Shown one piece after another: positions 26,171 to 39,754 of a stretch of DNA of 64,000 nt. The translations under genes were made by a program, and so were the position numbers. Position 1 is the first letter of the stretch. The number at the start of each line of letters is the position of its first letter. Source of the DNA: Callorhinchus milii (Eukaryota); the NCBI RefSeq assembly GCF_018977255.1, contig NW_024704743.1:67210001-67274000 (forward strand), given 5' to 3'. The notes under the pieces were generated by a model. The model did not search any database. It was given only the letters and a program-made list of their open reading frames with translations, and was not told the DNA's origin.

Positions 26171-26639
26171 ATCAGTCCCACAGGTTTTCAGACTGATTTA
26201 ATTTTCAGCTCACTCACACTCAAAACCTTGTGTCACTTGTGTTTTATCTGTGAAGCCTAGAAGCTATACATCAGACCAGCTTCCATAACTTGCATATAAA
26301 CAGCATCAATCTATATAGTTCTGTGGATGGAGGACAGCAAAACATGGATTCATGAACACATCCACATGTTGTCTCCAGGCCAGCTACCGTCAAAGAATCT
26401 GAATGGCTTTAGCTATCGAGAAAGCAAATGATCAGAGAAAGCAACAACACAATCAAGCACTGGAGAGGCAAAGCTAAACTGGGTTTCTAATTGCTGAATA
26501 CATTTTTCCTGATAACACTCCTGATGCAGCAGGATTTTAACTTATAAATGTCAATACCATACAACACAGTTTACATTTATTTTGCACATTTATACATCAT
26601 TTCAGGAGGATGTCTCAAAGCACTTTATACAGCTTGGCT

Positions 26640-27420
26640 GAGCACTGCCGGTTCTGTTCTTGCCTGGTTTCATTCTTATCTATCCCAAAGTCTCCAGTTC
26701 ACATCTGCCAATGGCTTCTCCCCCTCACCTATGTGCATGCAACATTCCTCAAGGCTCTATCCTCGGTCCTCTCTTTAATATCTACATACTCCCACTTGGC
26801 GATGTCATCCGCAGGCAAGGGATCAATTTCCACATGTATACGGATAACACTTCATTGTATCTCTTTGCCTCCACCTTTGATTCCAGGACCACTGCTGTTC
26901 TGACTGATTGCATATTGGACATTAAATCCTGGATGAGAGCTAATTTTCTCCAGTTGAATGTTGACAAGTCAGGAGCATTCTTGCTTGGCTCCCATCAATG
27001 CCATCTCACCTCAGGCTCCGACAACAACAACAACAAAGCTAGTACTGAACCTGGGTGTCTTGTTCAACTCAACTATTCTTTAAAACCCATAGCTGTGCCT
27101 TGACCTGTTCAGGCTTTTCCCACCTCCGCAATATCGCCCGACTCCACGAGTACCTCTTGGGCTGCTAAGACCCTTATCTGTGCTTTATCATGTCCAGGCT
27201 TGACTATGCCAACTCTCTGCATGCCAGACTTCCCAACTCTTCCCTCCACAAGCTGCAGACAATTCAGAATTCTTCAGCTCATATCCTCTCTCGCTTTAGG
27301 CTCCACGAGTCTATCAGCCCCATCTTCACGTGTCTCTACTGCCTCCCCATCCATTAGAGGATCGAGCTTTAGCCTTTCTGCCCCCACTCTCTGTAACTTT
27401 ATTCCAGGAATCCCTTTGCC
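26640..27420 (+). mobile_element. Old L2 RT fragment
   Basis: [23 protein letters not shown] and [10 protein letters not shown]. Confidence 0.88.
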
Positions 27421-27494
27421 TTGCCCCTTCCCAGGTCTCCTTCGAGGTCCGTTCATCTAGTTCTTCCAATTTGTTCCCTCCTTCCCCATTTACT

Positions 27495-28186
27495 GTTCCT
27501 CCGAAACATCACCAGACTACGGCACTACCTCACCCCTCACACGGCTGAAACTCTGGTCCATGCCTTTATCACCTCAAGGCTGGACTATGGGAACTCTCTC
27601 CTCGCCGGCCTTCCCGGCTCCTCCCTCCACAAGCTGCAGGTCATTCAGAACTCTGCAGCTCGTGTACTGTCCCGCACCAGGCTTCAGGACCACATCACTC
27701 CCACCCTCGCTCACCTCCACTGGCTCCCCATCCCCCAGAGGATCCAATTCAAGATCCTCATCCTCGCCTACAAGGCCATTCACGGCCTTGCTCTCTTGTA
27801 CCTGTCTGACCTACTATCCCCCTACTTACCTGCCCATACCCTCCGTTCCTCTGGCTCCGGTCTCCTCCACATCCCCCGCCCCAACCGCCCTACCATCGGT
27901 GGCCGGGCCTTCAGCCTCTCAGCCCCGAGGCTCTGGAACTCTATCCCCCAGTGCCTTCGCCTTGCTTCTTCCCTTTCCTCCTTCAAGGCCGGTCTCAAAA
28001 CTTTTCTCTTTGACTGTGCCTTCAGCTCCCCTCTCAATTCTCTATCCCCTCCTCGCCCCCTCCCTTCCCTCCCCTCACCCTGACCATTTCCCCCCTGCTC
28101 GGGTCCTGACCCAACTGTCCAGCGCCTTGGGACTTCCTCCCGACGTGAAAGACGCTCTATAAGTGAAATCTTGTTGTTGTTGTTGT
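27495..28186 (+). mobile_element. Young L2 3' fragment with open ORF2 C-terminus
   Basis: [12 protein letters not shown]...[15 protein letters not shown]...[14 protein letters not shown], then hairpin and (TTG)n. Confidence 0.95.
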
Positions 28187-29047
28187 ACTGGTGGAAGACA
28201 TGGTCACTGGGGCAACGATTTTTCCCACTGAGCTCCTGTTAAACTGCAAGCCAAAGCCCTAATGAGTAGGATTGTCTTGGCTGGACAAGCAACTGGAAGC
28301 TTGCCAGACAGTGCTTTCAATGGCAAGCTACAGGGTTTTAGCGGCTTAAACTCGAAAAGTACCAACACACATTCTGTGTCCATAAACCTTGTGTTCTTGC
28401 CAACCTATGACTAATACTTTCCGGAATGATTTAAGTTAGGTGCAGCCCTCCAGGGAGAGAATGCATATTCCATTTCAGACACAGGAATTTCCATGTATAA
28501 TAATAATCCTTGTATTTGATATAGGTGGCATTATGGAACTCTCAGTCTGCTTTGGATACTCTTCAGCACAGTGATGGGTTTCCGCATATGTCCGACACCC
28601 AGCTTATCTAACAAAAATGGTTCAGGGAAACCATGAAGTAGGAGTGGAAAAAAATAAGTTTAAAAGAAAGAAGTTTAGAAACAATAGGTATCCTATGGTA
28701 ACAATTCTGAATGAGTCACATAGACATTGTAAAAAGACCCTGTGGGAAATAAATTGTGGAGTCTCCTGCAGTTTGATCGTATTCTGGCAAGCAACTTAAT
28801 GTCAAATAAAATCATCTGGAGTGTTGTATACTATACCAAATCTGACCTCGGGCAACTTTGACATGCAACGTCTTGGCTTTACATCAAACAAACTGAAACT
28901 GACAAATGATCGTGTTCTGTTGAGTTTGACACAAATCAATAGCTGACAAAATTACTATATAAACAATAAATGTACCCATTGTATCAATCATTCTACAATT
29001 TTTATAGATGAAATCCAATCTATACATTCTTTACTGCAGACAAGGGA

Positions 29048-29668
29048 GAACAACAACAACAAGATACAACAAAGTTACATTTGTATAGCACCTTTCATGT
29101 TGAGAGGACATCCCAAGGCCCTGGACAGTCCATGTTTCGGACCCGAGCTGGGGGTTGGGATTGGGGAGGGTGGAGGGCAGGGAGGGAAACAGGGTGATCA
29201 AAAGCACGGTCGAAGAGGAGAGTCTTGAGGTGAGTCTTGAAGGAGGCAAGGGAGGGGGTGAGGCGGAGGGACTGCGGGATAGAGTTCCAGAGGGTAGGGG
29301 CAAAGTGGCAGAAGGCCCGCCTGCCAATAGTGGGGCGGGCGAGGCAGGGGATGTGAAGCAGGCCGGAGCCCGCTGAGCGGAGGGAGGGGGCAGGATGTTA
29401 AAGGGTTAGGAGGTCGCAGAGGTAGGGGGGAAACAAGGCCATGGAGGGCTTTGAAGGTGAGGACCAGGATCTTGAACTGTATCCTCTGTGTGATGGGAAG
29501 CCTGTGGAGTCGGGCGACGATGGGTGTGATAGGGTCACGGAGCCTGGTGTGGGAGAGGACACGGGCTGCAGAGTTCTGGATGATCTGAAGCCTATGGCGG
29601 GAGGATTTGGGGAGGCTGACAAGCAAGGAGTTTGCATAGTCAAGTATCGATGTTATGAATGTGTGCAT
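29048..29668 (-). mobile_element. L2 3' fragment
   Basis: ORF 29198-29668 contains DYANSLL and [11 protein letters not shown]; (CAA)n tail. Confidence 0.9.
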
Positions 29669-29829
29669 GGGTTGGGGTTATCTATCATAAACCTGTGTTC
29701 TCTTGTGACTCAGGACTCCTTATGAGCTTGTAATTAGCATACTTTATCCAGCATTACAACATTGTCAATGTATTTGGGTAGTTCGTTGTTCATTTGACCC
29801 AATCAACTAACCTGAATACAAGAACAACA

Positions 29830-30465
29830 ACAATAATAATAAATAATAAACCTAGTGTTTGTTGAAGTGCCTTTCACATTGGGAAGATGCCCCATGTGAA
29901 GTGAAGTGACTGTAGGGCCGTCCAACTGTGCAGAGCAATGTCCCATAAACAGCTATTAAATGAATGACAAATGTTATTTGGGGGATTATTGGCCAGGACA
30001 CCGGGAGAAACTCCCTTCTCTTTTTGAGTAGCATCATGGGATCTTTAACGTGGAGTCCTGTAGCTCAGTGGTTAGAGCACTCGCTTTGCAAGTGAGAGAC
30101 CTGAGTTCAATTCCAGACAGGGCGAAACCTTGGGCAAGTTTCCTTACTCCACACGCCTAATAATAATCCCTCCAAAACCAAAAACAATAATAAATTGGTC
30201 ATTTTCAATCTACGACTGTTTGTGGGACATTGCTGTACGCAATTGGCTGCCGCGTTCGCCCAGAAATATACAGTCAATTCACTTTACAGTGTGTTCTGTG
30301 AAGCACTTTGGGACGTCCTCCTGACGTGAAAAGCGCTATATCAAATGCAAGGATTATTATTATTATTATTATTATAACGTCCACCTGAGCAGTCAGCCAG
30401 GACCTAAGTTTATTGTCTCATCCGAAGGACAATGACAATACTCCCAGCCCTGCGCTGAATGGACA
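29830..30465 (-). mobile_element. Old Deu-domain SINE interrupted by a young SINE
   Basis: ccaggacaccgggagaaactccc...catgggatctttaac resumes at 30375 as aacgtccacctgagcag...tctcatccgaagg. Confidence 0.8.
30050..30375 (+). mobile_element. Full-length young tRNA(Ala)-derived SINE
   Basis: A box tagctcagtgg, anticodon arm ctcgc-tttgcaa-gtgag (TGC), B box agttcaattcc, L2-like hairpin and (TTA)n tail. TSD TAAC(GT). Confidence 0.95.
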
Positions 30466-30492
30466 CTTTGTGTGAAGGATACCACTGTCTCA

Positions 30493-30506
30493 CCACCAGA
30501 TGGCAC
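30493..30506 (+). promoter_or_regulatory. CTCF-like motif CCACCAGATGGCAC
   Basis: Exact match to the CCASYAGRKGGCRS core. Confidence 0.5.
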
Positions 30507-30989
30507 AATGTGATACTATGGTGACAATGCTTTGGAGCCAATCCACTATTTCTGACATTAAATCAATAAGGTCAGTTTGAAATACAGTATCAACCAACCG
30601 TGAGAAGAGATTATAATTTTGATAACCAGTGCTAGTCAGCAAGCAACCAGTCAGATGATGCATAATACCAATGGGGATTAACATGATCTTTAAATGTCCT
30701 CAGTAAAAATTAATGTAGTACATTTTATAATGTGCATCTGTGCTGAGTATGAGGTAGAAAGGCAGATTGTGCAGTCTGCAGTCCAAGTCTTATAAAGACT
30801 AAGAAACATGAAGTAATTGTGTAAAAACTACTACGAAAATGTTCCCACTCTGGCACTTTGCCCCATGGACGATGGCAAACTGACTGCCTACAAAATGTTT
30901 GTGTTGCAATCTGGTGCAGTATGAATAATTTTCCCCAATGATTCTTACACCAGCTGCTCAACTTTTCTTTATGTTTGCAAGCTCACACT

Positions 30990-31340
30990 TGAAAGGCGGT
31001 GTCTCAGAGGGGAACTTATAAAGGAATTATAAAGAATTTAAACAAGATTGAGAAAATAAACACAGAACAACACTTTGGGATGTGCCAAGACAGCAGACAA
31101 GAAGGTTTAGGTTTGCAAAGGACAATTTCAGGACAGATACCAAGCAATATTTATTTACTCAGAAGGTAGTTAACAACTGGAACAGGTTATCAGGATGGAT
31201 GGTGAGGCCAAAATACTGGATTCATTTAAAAAAACACAGCTTGATGCCATAATTTGGGGATGTTAGGATGGATAGTCTGGAAAGATAAGATTCAATAGGT
31301 TGAAAGGCCTTCTTCATCTGAACCTTTCTTGTGATCTTGT
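30990..31340 (+). mobile_element. Old CR1 3' fragment
   Basis: ctcagaggggaacttata...tttactcagaaggtagttaacaactggaacagg...aaggccttcttcatc...tcttgtgatcttgtg. Confidence 0.75.
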
Positions 31341-31609
31341 GGTGTATCACAATATAATCCTACGTTCAATATGTGGACAAACTTCAGACAGTGTTCAGGG
31401 GTGGTTTTTTACAGCTTGATTACATTTACAGAACTTGGTATATGAATATTGGGAAAATCCCTTTACAACCTCTCAACACGAAGCACTGTCAATTTAGTGA
31501 TCTTTAAAGAACTACCATAGTAGCTGTTACGATTATGGCCTATTGTGCACTTGGCTGTACTCTCTATGGAGAACCTGCCAATATCTTGTACATTTTGGTT
31601 TGTTGAAAA

Positions 31610-31985
31610 GATTTGTTGAGACTTTGAACTCAAAGTCTAAGATGACACTCCAATGCAGTGTTGGGTCAATGCTGCATTGCTGGAGATGTTTTCTTCAGAT
31701 GAGACATTAAACCAACTTTCCATCTGTCTGTTCAGGTGGACAATAAAGATCCCATGGCTCTATTCAAAAACAGAAGGGAGTTTCTCCCAGTGTCCTTGCC
31801 AACAATGTGCAGATAAAATTGATCATTCACTTCATGTGTGTTTGTGAGATTTTATTGTGCGCAAATTGGTTGCTAAATTCACCTACAAATACACAGTCAC
31901 TGCATTTTAAAATAAATCCGGTAAAATCTTTGAGATGATTTGAGTTATAATAAGGCACTGCATTAAATGCAAGGATTATTCTGTT
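31610..31985 (+). mobile_element. Old Deu-domain SINE (SacSINE1/AmnSINE1-like core); further copies at ~32650-33260, 43970-44180 -, 53580-53970, 57795-58200 -, 62370-62750 -
   Basis: gatgagacattaaacc...ctgttcaggtggac...aaagatcccatggc...gggagtttctcccagtgtcct...aaattggttgc resembles the remembered Deu domain. Confidence 0.75.
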
Positions 31986-33272
31986 ACTTCTACAAAGATA
32001 CCGGAAATAACAAGTCCCAATTAGTATACTCATCATTATTAGTGCTAAATTCCAGTAATGTGCTCATGCTCACCCATATCCCCAGTTGGTACTCATTTAA
32101 ATCACTAACTTACTGACAACAGTGGAATTAACATAACTCGGAGCAGTCAATTACATTGCATTAAGGAAAAATAATTGTGATCTTATTTATCTCAGGTGGC
32201 AATGTGAAGCTATACATCCATATGCAAATAATAGTGGACTGATATCCCACAGTCCAATCCCACATCCTTTGTCGCCCTCAACAGCTTTACTTCACTTAAT
32301 CATCATTACTCTTCAGTTTACATTGAAGATGAGCTCTCTCCATTGTTAGCCTTTAATACCTTTGGTCTCATGAAAAACAATTGTTAGGATGGCTATTGGT
32401 TTCTTTTGTATTAAAGAAGACACAGCACATTTCTCTCTGAATATATTAATGTGCCAGTCAATGCTCCAATCTATTCTGACAATTTCCATTGTACTGATTT
32501 AGAAAATGTTGCTGGTGTTTGAACCCTGACTATGGGGTATTTTTTATATGTACAAGTTTAAATTGTGACAGTGGGGCCTCGCTGGCAGCACTCTGACCTC
32601 TGAATTATGAGGATATGGGTTCAAGGCCCCTATCAGGAATTTGAACTCATATGAAATGAAAACATAATAATCCTTGTATTTGATATACCACCTTGCATCC
32701 TATCAGAGGACATCTTAACGCATTTCACGGGATATACTGTATATTTGTAGGCCAACATGACAGTCATGAAGTGAATGACCAATTTTGTTTGGGGGATTGT
32801 TTGCCAGGACACTGGGAGAAACTCCCTTCTCTTTTTGAATAGTGGTATGGGATCTTTAACATCCAGCTGAACAGACAGACGAACCTCAGTGCAATGTCTT
32901 ATCTCCAACATTATTTTGGAGTGTCAGCCTGGACCACAAGTCCAAAGTGCCAAAATGGGGCTGGAACCTACAACATTCTGACCCAGAGGCGAGACTGCTA
33001 CTAACTCAGCCAGGCTCATGGTCTAAGATGACATTCCAATGCAGTGCCGGGGGTGTGCTGCATTATCGGACATGTCGTCCTTTGGAGGAGACATTAAATT
33101 GCCTGTTCCTTTGGAGATTGAAGATTCCATCGCACTATTCAAAAAGAGAAGGAAGTTTCCTCTGCCATCCCAGGCAAAAATCCCTCAAATAATTTGCGCA
33201 ACAATTTGGCTGCCACATTCGCCTATCTACACATTCATGTATGCCACAATTTGGCTGCCACATTCGCCTATC

Positions 33273-33443
33273 GTGGAGTCCTGTAGCTCAGTGGTTAGAG
33301 CACACGCTTTGCAAGTGAGAGACCTGAGTTCAATTCCCGGCAGGTCAGGGCGAAACCTTGGGCAAGTTTCCTTACTCCTCACGCCTAATAATAAATGCAA
33401 GGATTATTATTATTATTATTATTATTAATATTATTATTATTAT
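33273..33443 (+). mobile_element. Young SINE with an internal deletion of most of the body
   Basis: Intact tRNA head, then cgcctaataataa joined directly to atgcaaggattatt. Confidence 0.88.
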
Positions 33444-34091
33444 ACACAATCACTGTACTTAATACATCTTGTGAGATACTCTCCCAATTTGACAGGTGCT
33501 ATATCAAATGTAAAGATTGTTATAATTATGATTGTCTTCCTTGTTTAAATTAAGTATGTTTTCTTTCCTAGTGTCTCACCCTGTGATGCTAGGATTCCAC
33601 AGGTGATTGGGGTATAGAAGAGGTGGGGGGTCCTCTTCTTTGCTTGAGTGGCCATTTCTTGAATGTGAGCCACAACGTTGAATGTCACCAGAGGACATCC
33701 AAGTTGATTCAAAGTTTTCCTCCCCTGCTGAAGAACACATTTCTTCTTCAGCTACATGAGGTGCAGTGAAGGGGCATCTTATTGTAAAATTGTTAGCGCT
33801 AACTACGGAAATTGGTGATATTCTATTTCATGTTCCGTTTACTCAGCCTACCCAGTGCTACATTTCCTGACAAACAAGATGAGTGAGGTTGAAAACAACA
33901 GCAATAAGTATATCGAATAATGTCTCAGAGCACTTTACAAAGATGTCAGACGCTGAGCAGATAACATGGGGGAGGGTGGAGGAGATTATAAATACAGCTA
34001 AATGTACATTGTTGGCGAACCAGGAACTCCCTTCTTTACCTGTGCAAGTATTCATATGATTGCCTAATTGGACTGGTGGAAAACTCCCTGT

Positions 34092-34775
34092 AACAACCAC
34101 AAAATTACATTTGTATAGTGCCTTTCACGTCGAGAGGATGTCCCAAGGCGCTGGACAGTCAGTGTTTCGGATCCGAGCTGGGGGTCGGGATTGGGCTCAT
34201 GACTGGGGGATGAAGCAGGGTGACCAAAATCATGATCAAAGAGGAGGGTCTTGAGATGGGTCTTGAAAGAGGAAAAGGAGGGGCGAGATGGAAGGACTGT
34301 GGGATGGAGTTATAGAAGGTGGGGGCAGAGTGGCAGAAGGCCCGCCCGCCAAATCAGGCCAGAGGCTGCTGAGCAGAGGGAGCGGACAGGTCGATATGGA
34401 GTTAGCAGGTCACAGAGATGCCTGGTGCAGGAGAGGACATGAGCTGCAGAGTTCTGAATGATCTGCAGTTTGTGGAGGCAAGAGTTGGGAAGGCCGACAA
34501 GCAAAGAGTTGGTGTAGTTGAGCCTCGATGTAATGAATATGTGGATGAGTGTTTTGGCTGTTTGAGTGGTGAGGCACTGTGGAGGGGTCGATGTTGCAGA
34601 GGTGTGGGAAGGCAGAATGGGTCATGGCACGAATGTGGAGTATAAAGGACAGTTGAGGGCTAAACAAGATACCAAGTTTCCGATGCTGTCAGTGCCTGAG
34701 GTGTGGAGGTGCTGATGGGAGTCAATCAGAAGGGCCTTGGTCTTATTGACATAACTGGAAAAAGTTAGCTGCAGT
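34092..34775 (-). mobile_element. Old L2 3' fragment
   Basis: [15 protein letters not shown] on the minus strand; tail and hairpin at 34092-34155. Confidence 0.85.
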
Positions 34776-36599
34776 AAATTCACAAAGTTCAGTAATGAAT
34801 GCTTCAATCATCGGTAAAATCTAAATAATTTGAACACAGATGAACCACCCTCCTCTCACGGTAACTCTTGATGCCCTCATTTTCGCCTTCAATGCTACCC
34901 TGGTATTGCCTGGTGTTCTGTTTGTTGCTGCTGCTGTTCCTCCTCTTCCAAGAGCCTGATCCCTGCCAAAGATGCAGTGAATGTCTTAAAATACCCACCA
35001 GCACAGAAACATTGGAGGAACACAAGAAAAGTAGAACTTCATGCCCCACTCTCACCCACATTAAAACTATTTTAGATAATGGTTGTTAAGACTACAGCAT
35101 TTGAAGTATTTTAAGAAAAATAATAAACTTGAGGGAATTCCTCGTTGGCGAATGAATCATTTTAGTGTTAATTTTATTCATTCTCACTTGTCACATAGAT
35201 TGGAGGGTGATAATATTTCCACTCACGGCAGTTCTGGATAAAATTATGAATAGTTATGAAGAACAGTATGATTTATTACGTTCTTTTGCACAGTTCTGCA
35301 CTGCGGTGTAATTCTTAATGGCTTTAACAATGGCAAATGTGAATGCATAAAAAATTAGAATAATTGAAATCATAAGCAGAATTTAAAGAGTGAACACATC
35401 TAGAAATATAATTAGATCCTGGTGCTGGCAATTCTCTCATGGATTGTAGTGGAAGAGATAAACCCTGTAGAGAAGGAATTGCATCTTGTCAATAGGTCAC
35501 CTTGACTGTGAGTGAATGGCAACCGACTAGCCTTGTACAGCAATAGATTGAGGTCATCTCAAGGCTTCTGGGTGGGAAATAGTTCTTCACGGGGAGAAGT
35601 ATTCTTCAATTCTTACATTAGCTTAGTGTAGGTATACCTATGCCTCTCAGAAAAAATGTATGTGACTGCTAAAAATATCCACTCGGGCAACCAGCTAGGA
35701 TGGATTTTTGTGCAGAAACAATAGGTGGATGTTACATAGTTTTCTTACTTGTATATTAAAATATAAAATGAGTTTTTTCTCATTGGCTAGGTTATATAAT
35801 AGTTCTATCAATAATCCTGAAGTTTGCAAAAACAGCATTCTCTGTCATTCAGATTTTTATATCTTTGGCAGGGTTCCGACCTTCACTGTACTTGTAGCAA
35901 TTCTACAAATCCTGGTGGCCCAATATCCTTGTACTGTTGCTTAGCGAAGCAGAACACCATCCAACAAATTCAAGTTACAGATTTTAAGGAAGATTTTAAG
36001 TTGGCATTTTCCACGAAAGATCCCAGTATTTTCTGAATGCAGTCAAAAAGCTTTCTACAGTGTATATTTAGAGAGCCATAATGTATGCTTTGCCTAAGGC
36101 TCTTACTGATGATATGAGAGTGAAAACATACCTATGAAACTATTTGCACTTCTCAGCATTACATCAAAGTAAGGACAACAAAAGTGAATTGAAAGAGCAG
36201 GAGAATCTTTTTAAAAAAAGTATAGTAAAAAGGGGAGAAGGCAAATGAAACAAAATGCAAACAATGAAGCATTATTTTTCCATGATAGCTGAGATCTATA
36301 CAATCCCAATCCACAGTATATCGAGGAGCGATTGATGGTTTAACTGCCTGAATGCAGGCAGCCAGCCTGTTCACTGTTAACCATAGGGAACCTGCTCCAA
36401 AGAATGGCTGCCTCCCAGATGATCAGGTCACTACATCTTGATGTGCTCGTGCATGACCACCTCAGAAGTCGATCATTTGTCACGTCTCGCTTATAAATGT
36501 GGTCAGTGAGACATTGGACACAGCCGCCTGGTTGATGTGACCAGTAGAGTTGCACAGGGAGGACGCCCTCTATTTATCAACTTCTGTTTAAAAGTTAAT

Positions 36600-37250
36600 C
36601 GACACATCATCAATCATTCTTGCTAGGAGACTATTTCTACCACTCTGTGGTGGTGAGGGAATTTTCTAATCATTTCTCTCACTTAAGGCTTGTTGATTTT
36701 ATACTCATGCCCCCTATTTCTAAGGAAAGTAACCTGCTGACATTATCCATGTCTTTCAGCATTCAAAAGTCCTGGATTATGTCACCAACAATCTTCTTCC
36801 ATTCACTGAAAACACAATCAATTATTTGAGCCTGTCCTCATATGTTAAAGCTTGAAGTCTTGAAATCATCTTTGCCACTTTTCTCTGAATCCTCTACATT
36901 GCATCAATATCCTTTTAAAGTTAGGGTTGGTCTGAATTGTAAATAATGTTCCAAATGTGACAATACTGATTATATTGGGATAAAACAACCTGGTTCTACT
37001 TACAAATGACCTTGAAGAAGCATTTCAGTACTTGATCGAGCTTGCTGGTAACAGCCCTATTTTGGCTGGATGTATTCAGTGAATGAGCAGGAACCGCACC
37101 CTCATCCTGATGTGTTTCAGTTTTAACAGGAGACCTAATCATACTATTTGCAAATTTCCTCTTCCAATATGTATCACAATTATCCATATTACATTTCATC
37201 TTCCAACTCCTAGCTCATATACTTAATTGGCCTGACCCCCTCTTGAACCT
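36600..37250 (-). mobile_element. Highly decayed CR1 fragment
   Basis: Residual reverse-complement CR1 phrases (ttctaccactctg...ggaattttcta; gaattgtaaataatgttccaaatgtg; atttgcaaatttcc). Confidence 0.45.
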
Positions 37251-37870
37251 TAATCAATCTCCGTTGCTATTGCCGTCTTGCTCCCAAGTCCTTAGAAAAC
37301 ATAATAATTCTAAAACTACGCTTCTCCTTGTAATTCATGAACACTGTGGATGGGAAGTCTTCAATGGCAGATCCCTGTGCAACTCTACTGGTCACATAAC
37401 CCAGGCAGAGCCATGCCCATTCATCATCACTGTCAGTTTTATATAACAAGGTCCAGCCCAGTGAACTACTTCACCATTAATTCATGCATATTTATTTCCC
37501 TTAACACTTCAAATGGAAGATTTTATCAAATGCATTCTGAAAATCTGAGTAAATTAGAACCATTGAATAGCCCTCGTCTGATAATCTATCTCCTTAAACA
37601 ATTCAACAGATTCATGAGACTTGACCAATTGCTTATAAAACCATGCTGAAAACTCTTTAAAGGCTCTTTAGATGAACACTGATAGCATCCTGTAAATGCT
37701 CTGTAGGTAATTTTCCTGCCTAACTGGATATAACTCGCTACATCATGTCTCACTCCTTTGCTGAATATTAAGTTTTCTGCTCTCCTTTTCTGAGACACTA
37801 GGTACTGGGGAAATACTGAATAGTTTCCTTTGTATCACATGTTAAACTGACGATCCATCTGGCTGTTCGG

Positions 37871-38830
37871 GTGTACATTAATGCAGATGACACCCAACTC
37901 TATCTTTCTGCTTCCACCCTCAACTCCAGGACCACTGCTGTCCTGACAGACTGCCTGTCGGACATCAAGTCCTGGATGAGGGCAAATTTCCTACAGTTGA
38001 TTGTGAACAAGACTGAGGCCCTCCTGATTGATTCGCGCCAGTGCCTCAGCACCTCAGGCTCTGGCAGCATCAACCTCCATGGTTCCACACTTCATCTCAC
38101 CAAACCAGTCAGGGACCTGGTGTCTTGTTCAACCTTCAACTGTCTTTTCTTCCCCACATCCAAGCCATGACCCGCTCTGCCTTCCCTCACCTCCGTAACA
38201 TCGCCCGACTCCGCCACTACCTCACCCCTCAGGCTGCTGAAACTCTTGTTCATGCCTTCATCACCTCCAGGCTTGACTATGAAAACACCCTGCTTGTCAG
38301 CCTTCCCAACTCCTCCCTCCACAGGCTGCAGATAATCCAGAACTCTGCAGCCCATGTCCTCTCACACACCAAACTCCATGACCCCATCTTCCCCGTTCTC
38401 ATCCTTTTGTCTCCTTTTGCTCCCTATCCTTCAGAGGATCCAGTTCAAGATCCTGGTCCTCACATACAAAGCCCTCCATGGCCTCACTCCACCCTATCTC
38501 TGCGACCTCCTAACCCCCTACCAACCCTCCTGTTCCCTCCTCTCAGCCGGCTCTGGCCTGTTCCACGTCCCACCCCACCATTGGCGGGACAGTCTTCAGC
38601 CACTCTGCCCCCAGCCTCTGGAATTCCATCCCGCAGTCACTCCGCCTCGCCGTCTCCTTAGCTCCTTCAAGTCCCGCCTCAAGACCCTCCTCTTCGACCA
38701 TGTCATCGGCCATCCCCCCTTCCCCTCCCCTCCCTTCTCCCGCCCTGACCCCAGCTATACACTGTCCAGTGCCTTGGGACGTCCTCCCGACGTGAAAGGC
38801 GCTATACAAATGTAATCTTGTTGTTGTTGT
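37871..38830 (+). mobile_element. L2 3' fragment
   Basis: [10 protein letters not shown]...[11 protein letters not shown], then hairpin and (TTG)n. Confidence 0.92.
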
Positions 38831-39297
38831 TAAAGACCCATGATAATCTTTGGAAAGTGAAGGGAGTTTCTTCTGGTGTCCTGGCCAACAATCCTCCAGA
38901 TTACTTGATCATTCACATTGTAAGACGGTGTGCAAAATGGCTGTTGAGTTTCCCTACAAGAAACAGTCAATGCTCATGACATCATTTTCTGTGAAGCTCT
39001 TTGAGATGTTTCAATTTGATAAGCGCTATAAATGTGCAAGTTCTTTCTTTCCTCTGTACTGACATTTTTAGACAGATCAAACCAGTTATATGTTTTAATA
39101 AATGTAACATTTGAAGGATCTGATAGAAAAGCACAATGGTACAATCTGGCTCCCTTTACAACCCAGTTACACATGTCTTAGAACAGCTGGTAGGGTTTGT
39201 TTCTTGATAGAATTCCACTTTAATTTTGAATCTGCTGAATGTTATTAAGAATCAAATAAATGCGATCTTGACCCAGTTACATTATAAATGAATCCAT

Positions 39298-39596
39298 CCA
39301 TTCCCCAGTCCCTTCGCCTTGTTTCCTCCCTTTCCTCCTTCAAGGCCGGTCTCAAGACCTTTCTCTTTGACCGAGCCTTCAGCTCCCCTCTCGACTCTCT
39401 ACCCCCTCCTCGCTCCCTCCCTTCCCTCCCCTCACCCTGACCATTTCCTCCTCCTCGCTCCCTCCCTTCCCTCCCCTCACCCTGACCATTTCCCCCCTGC
39501 TCAGGTCCTGACCCAACTGTCCAGCGCTTTGGGATGTCCTCCCGACGTGAAAGGCGCTCTATAAATGGAATCTTGTTGTTGTTGTTGTTGTTGTTG
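39298..39596 (+). mobile_element. Young L2 3' terminus with the 45-bp tandem duplication
   Basis: Matches the 3' ends of the other young copies; (TTG)n tail. Confidence 0.93.
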
Positions 39597-39754
39597 AATC
39601 AATTGTGCAGTCTTGCAGAAGTACTACATTGCTACAACCAATAGATTTGCTATGGTCTTTGAAAGGAACGTTGGGTCGGGACTTTGAGCTTGTAGCTTGC
39701 CATTGAAAGAACTGTCTGGCAAGCTTCCCGCTGCTTATACCCTACTTATTAGAG

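Noticed and set aside
34804..35089. Coding-looking segment (signal-peptide-like MLPWYCLVFCLLLLLFLLF on +; IRLLEEEEQQQQQ on -)
   Set aside because: Driven by a short (GCT/CAG)n low-complexity run; no convincing donor site, no recognisable homology, and it does not fit the Caspr2 sequence.
35195..36036. Plus-strand acceptor-like sites with short open frames (WRVIIFPLTAVLDK...; GSDLHCTC...)
   Set aside because: No recognisable homology and no consistent multi-exon structure for a nested gene.
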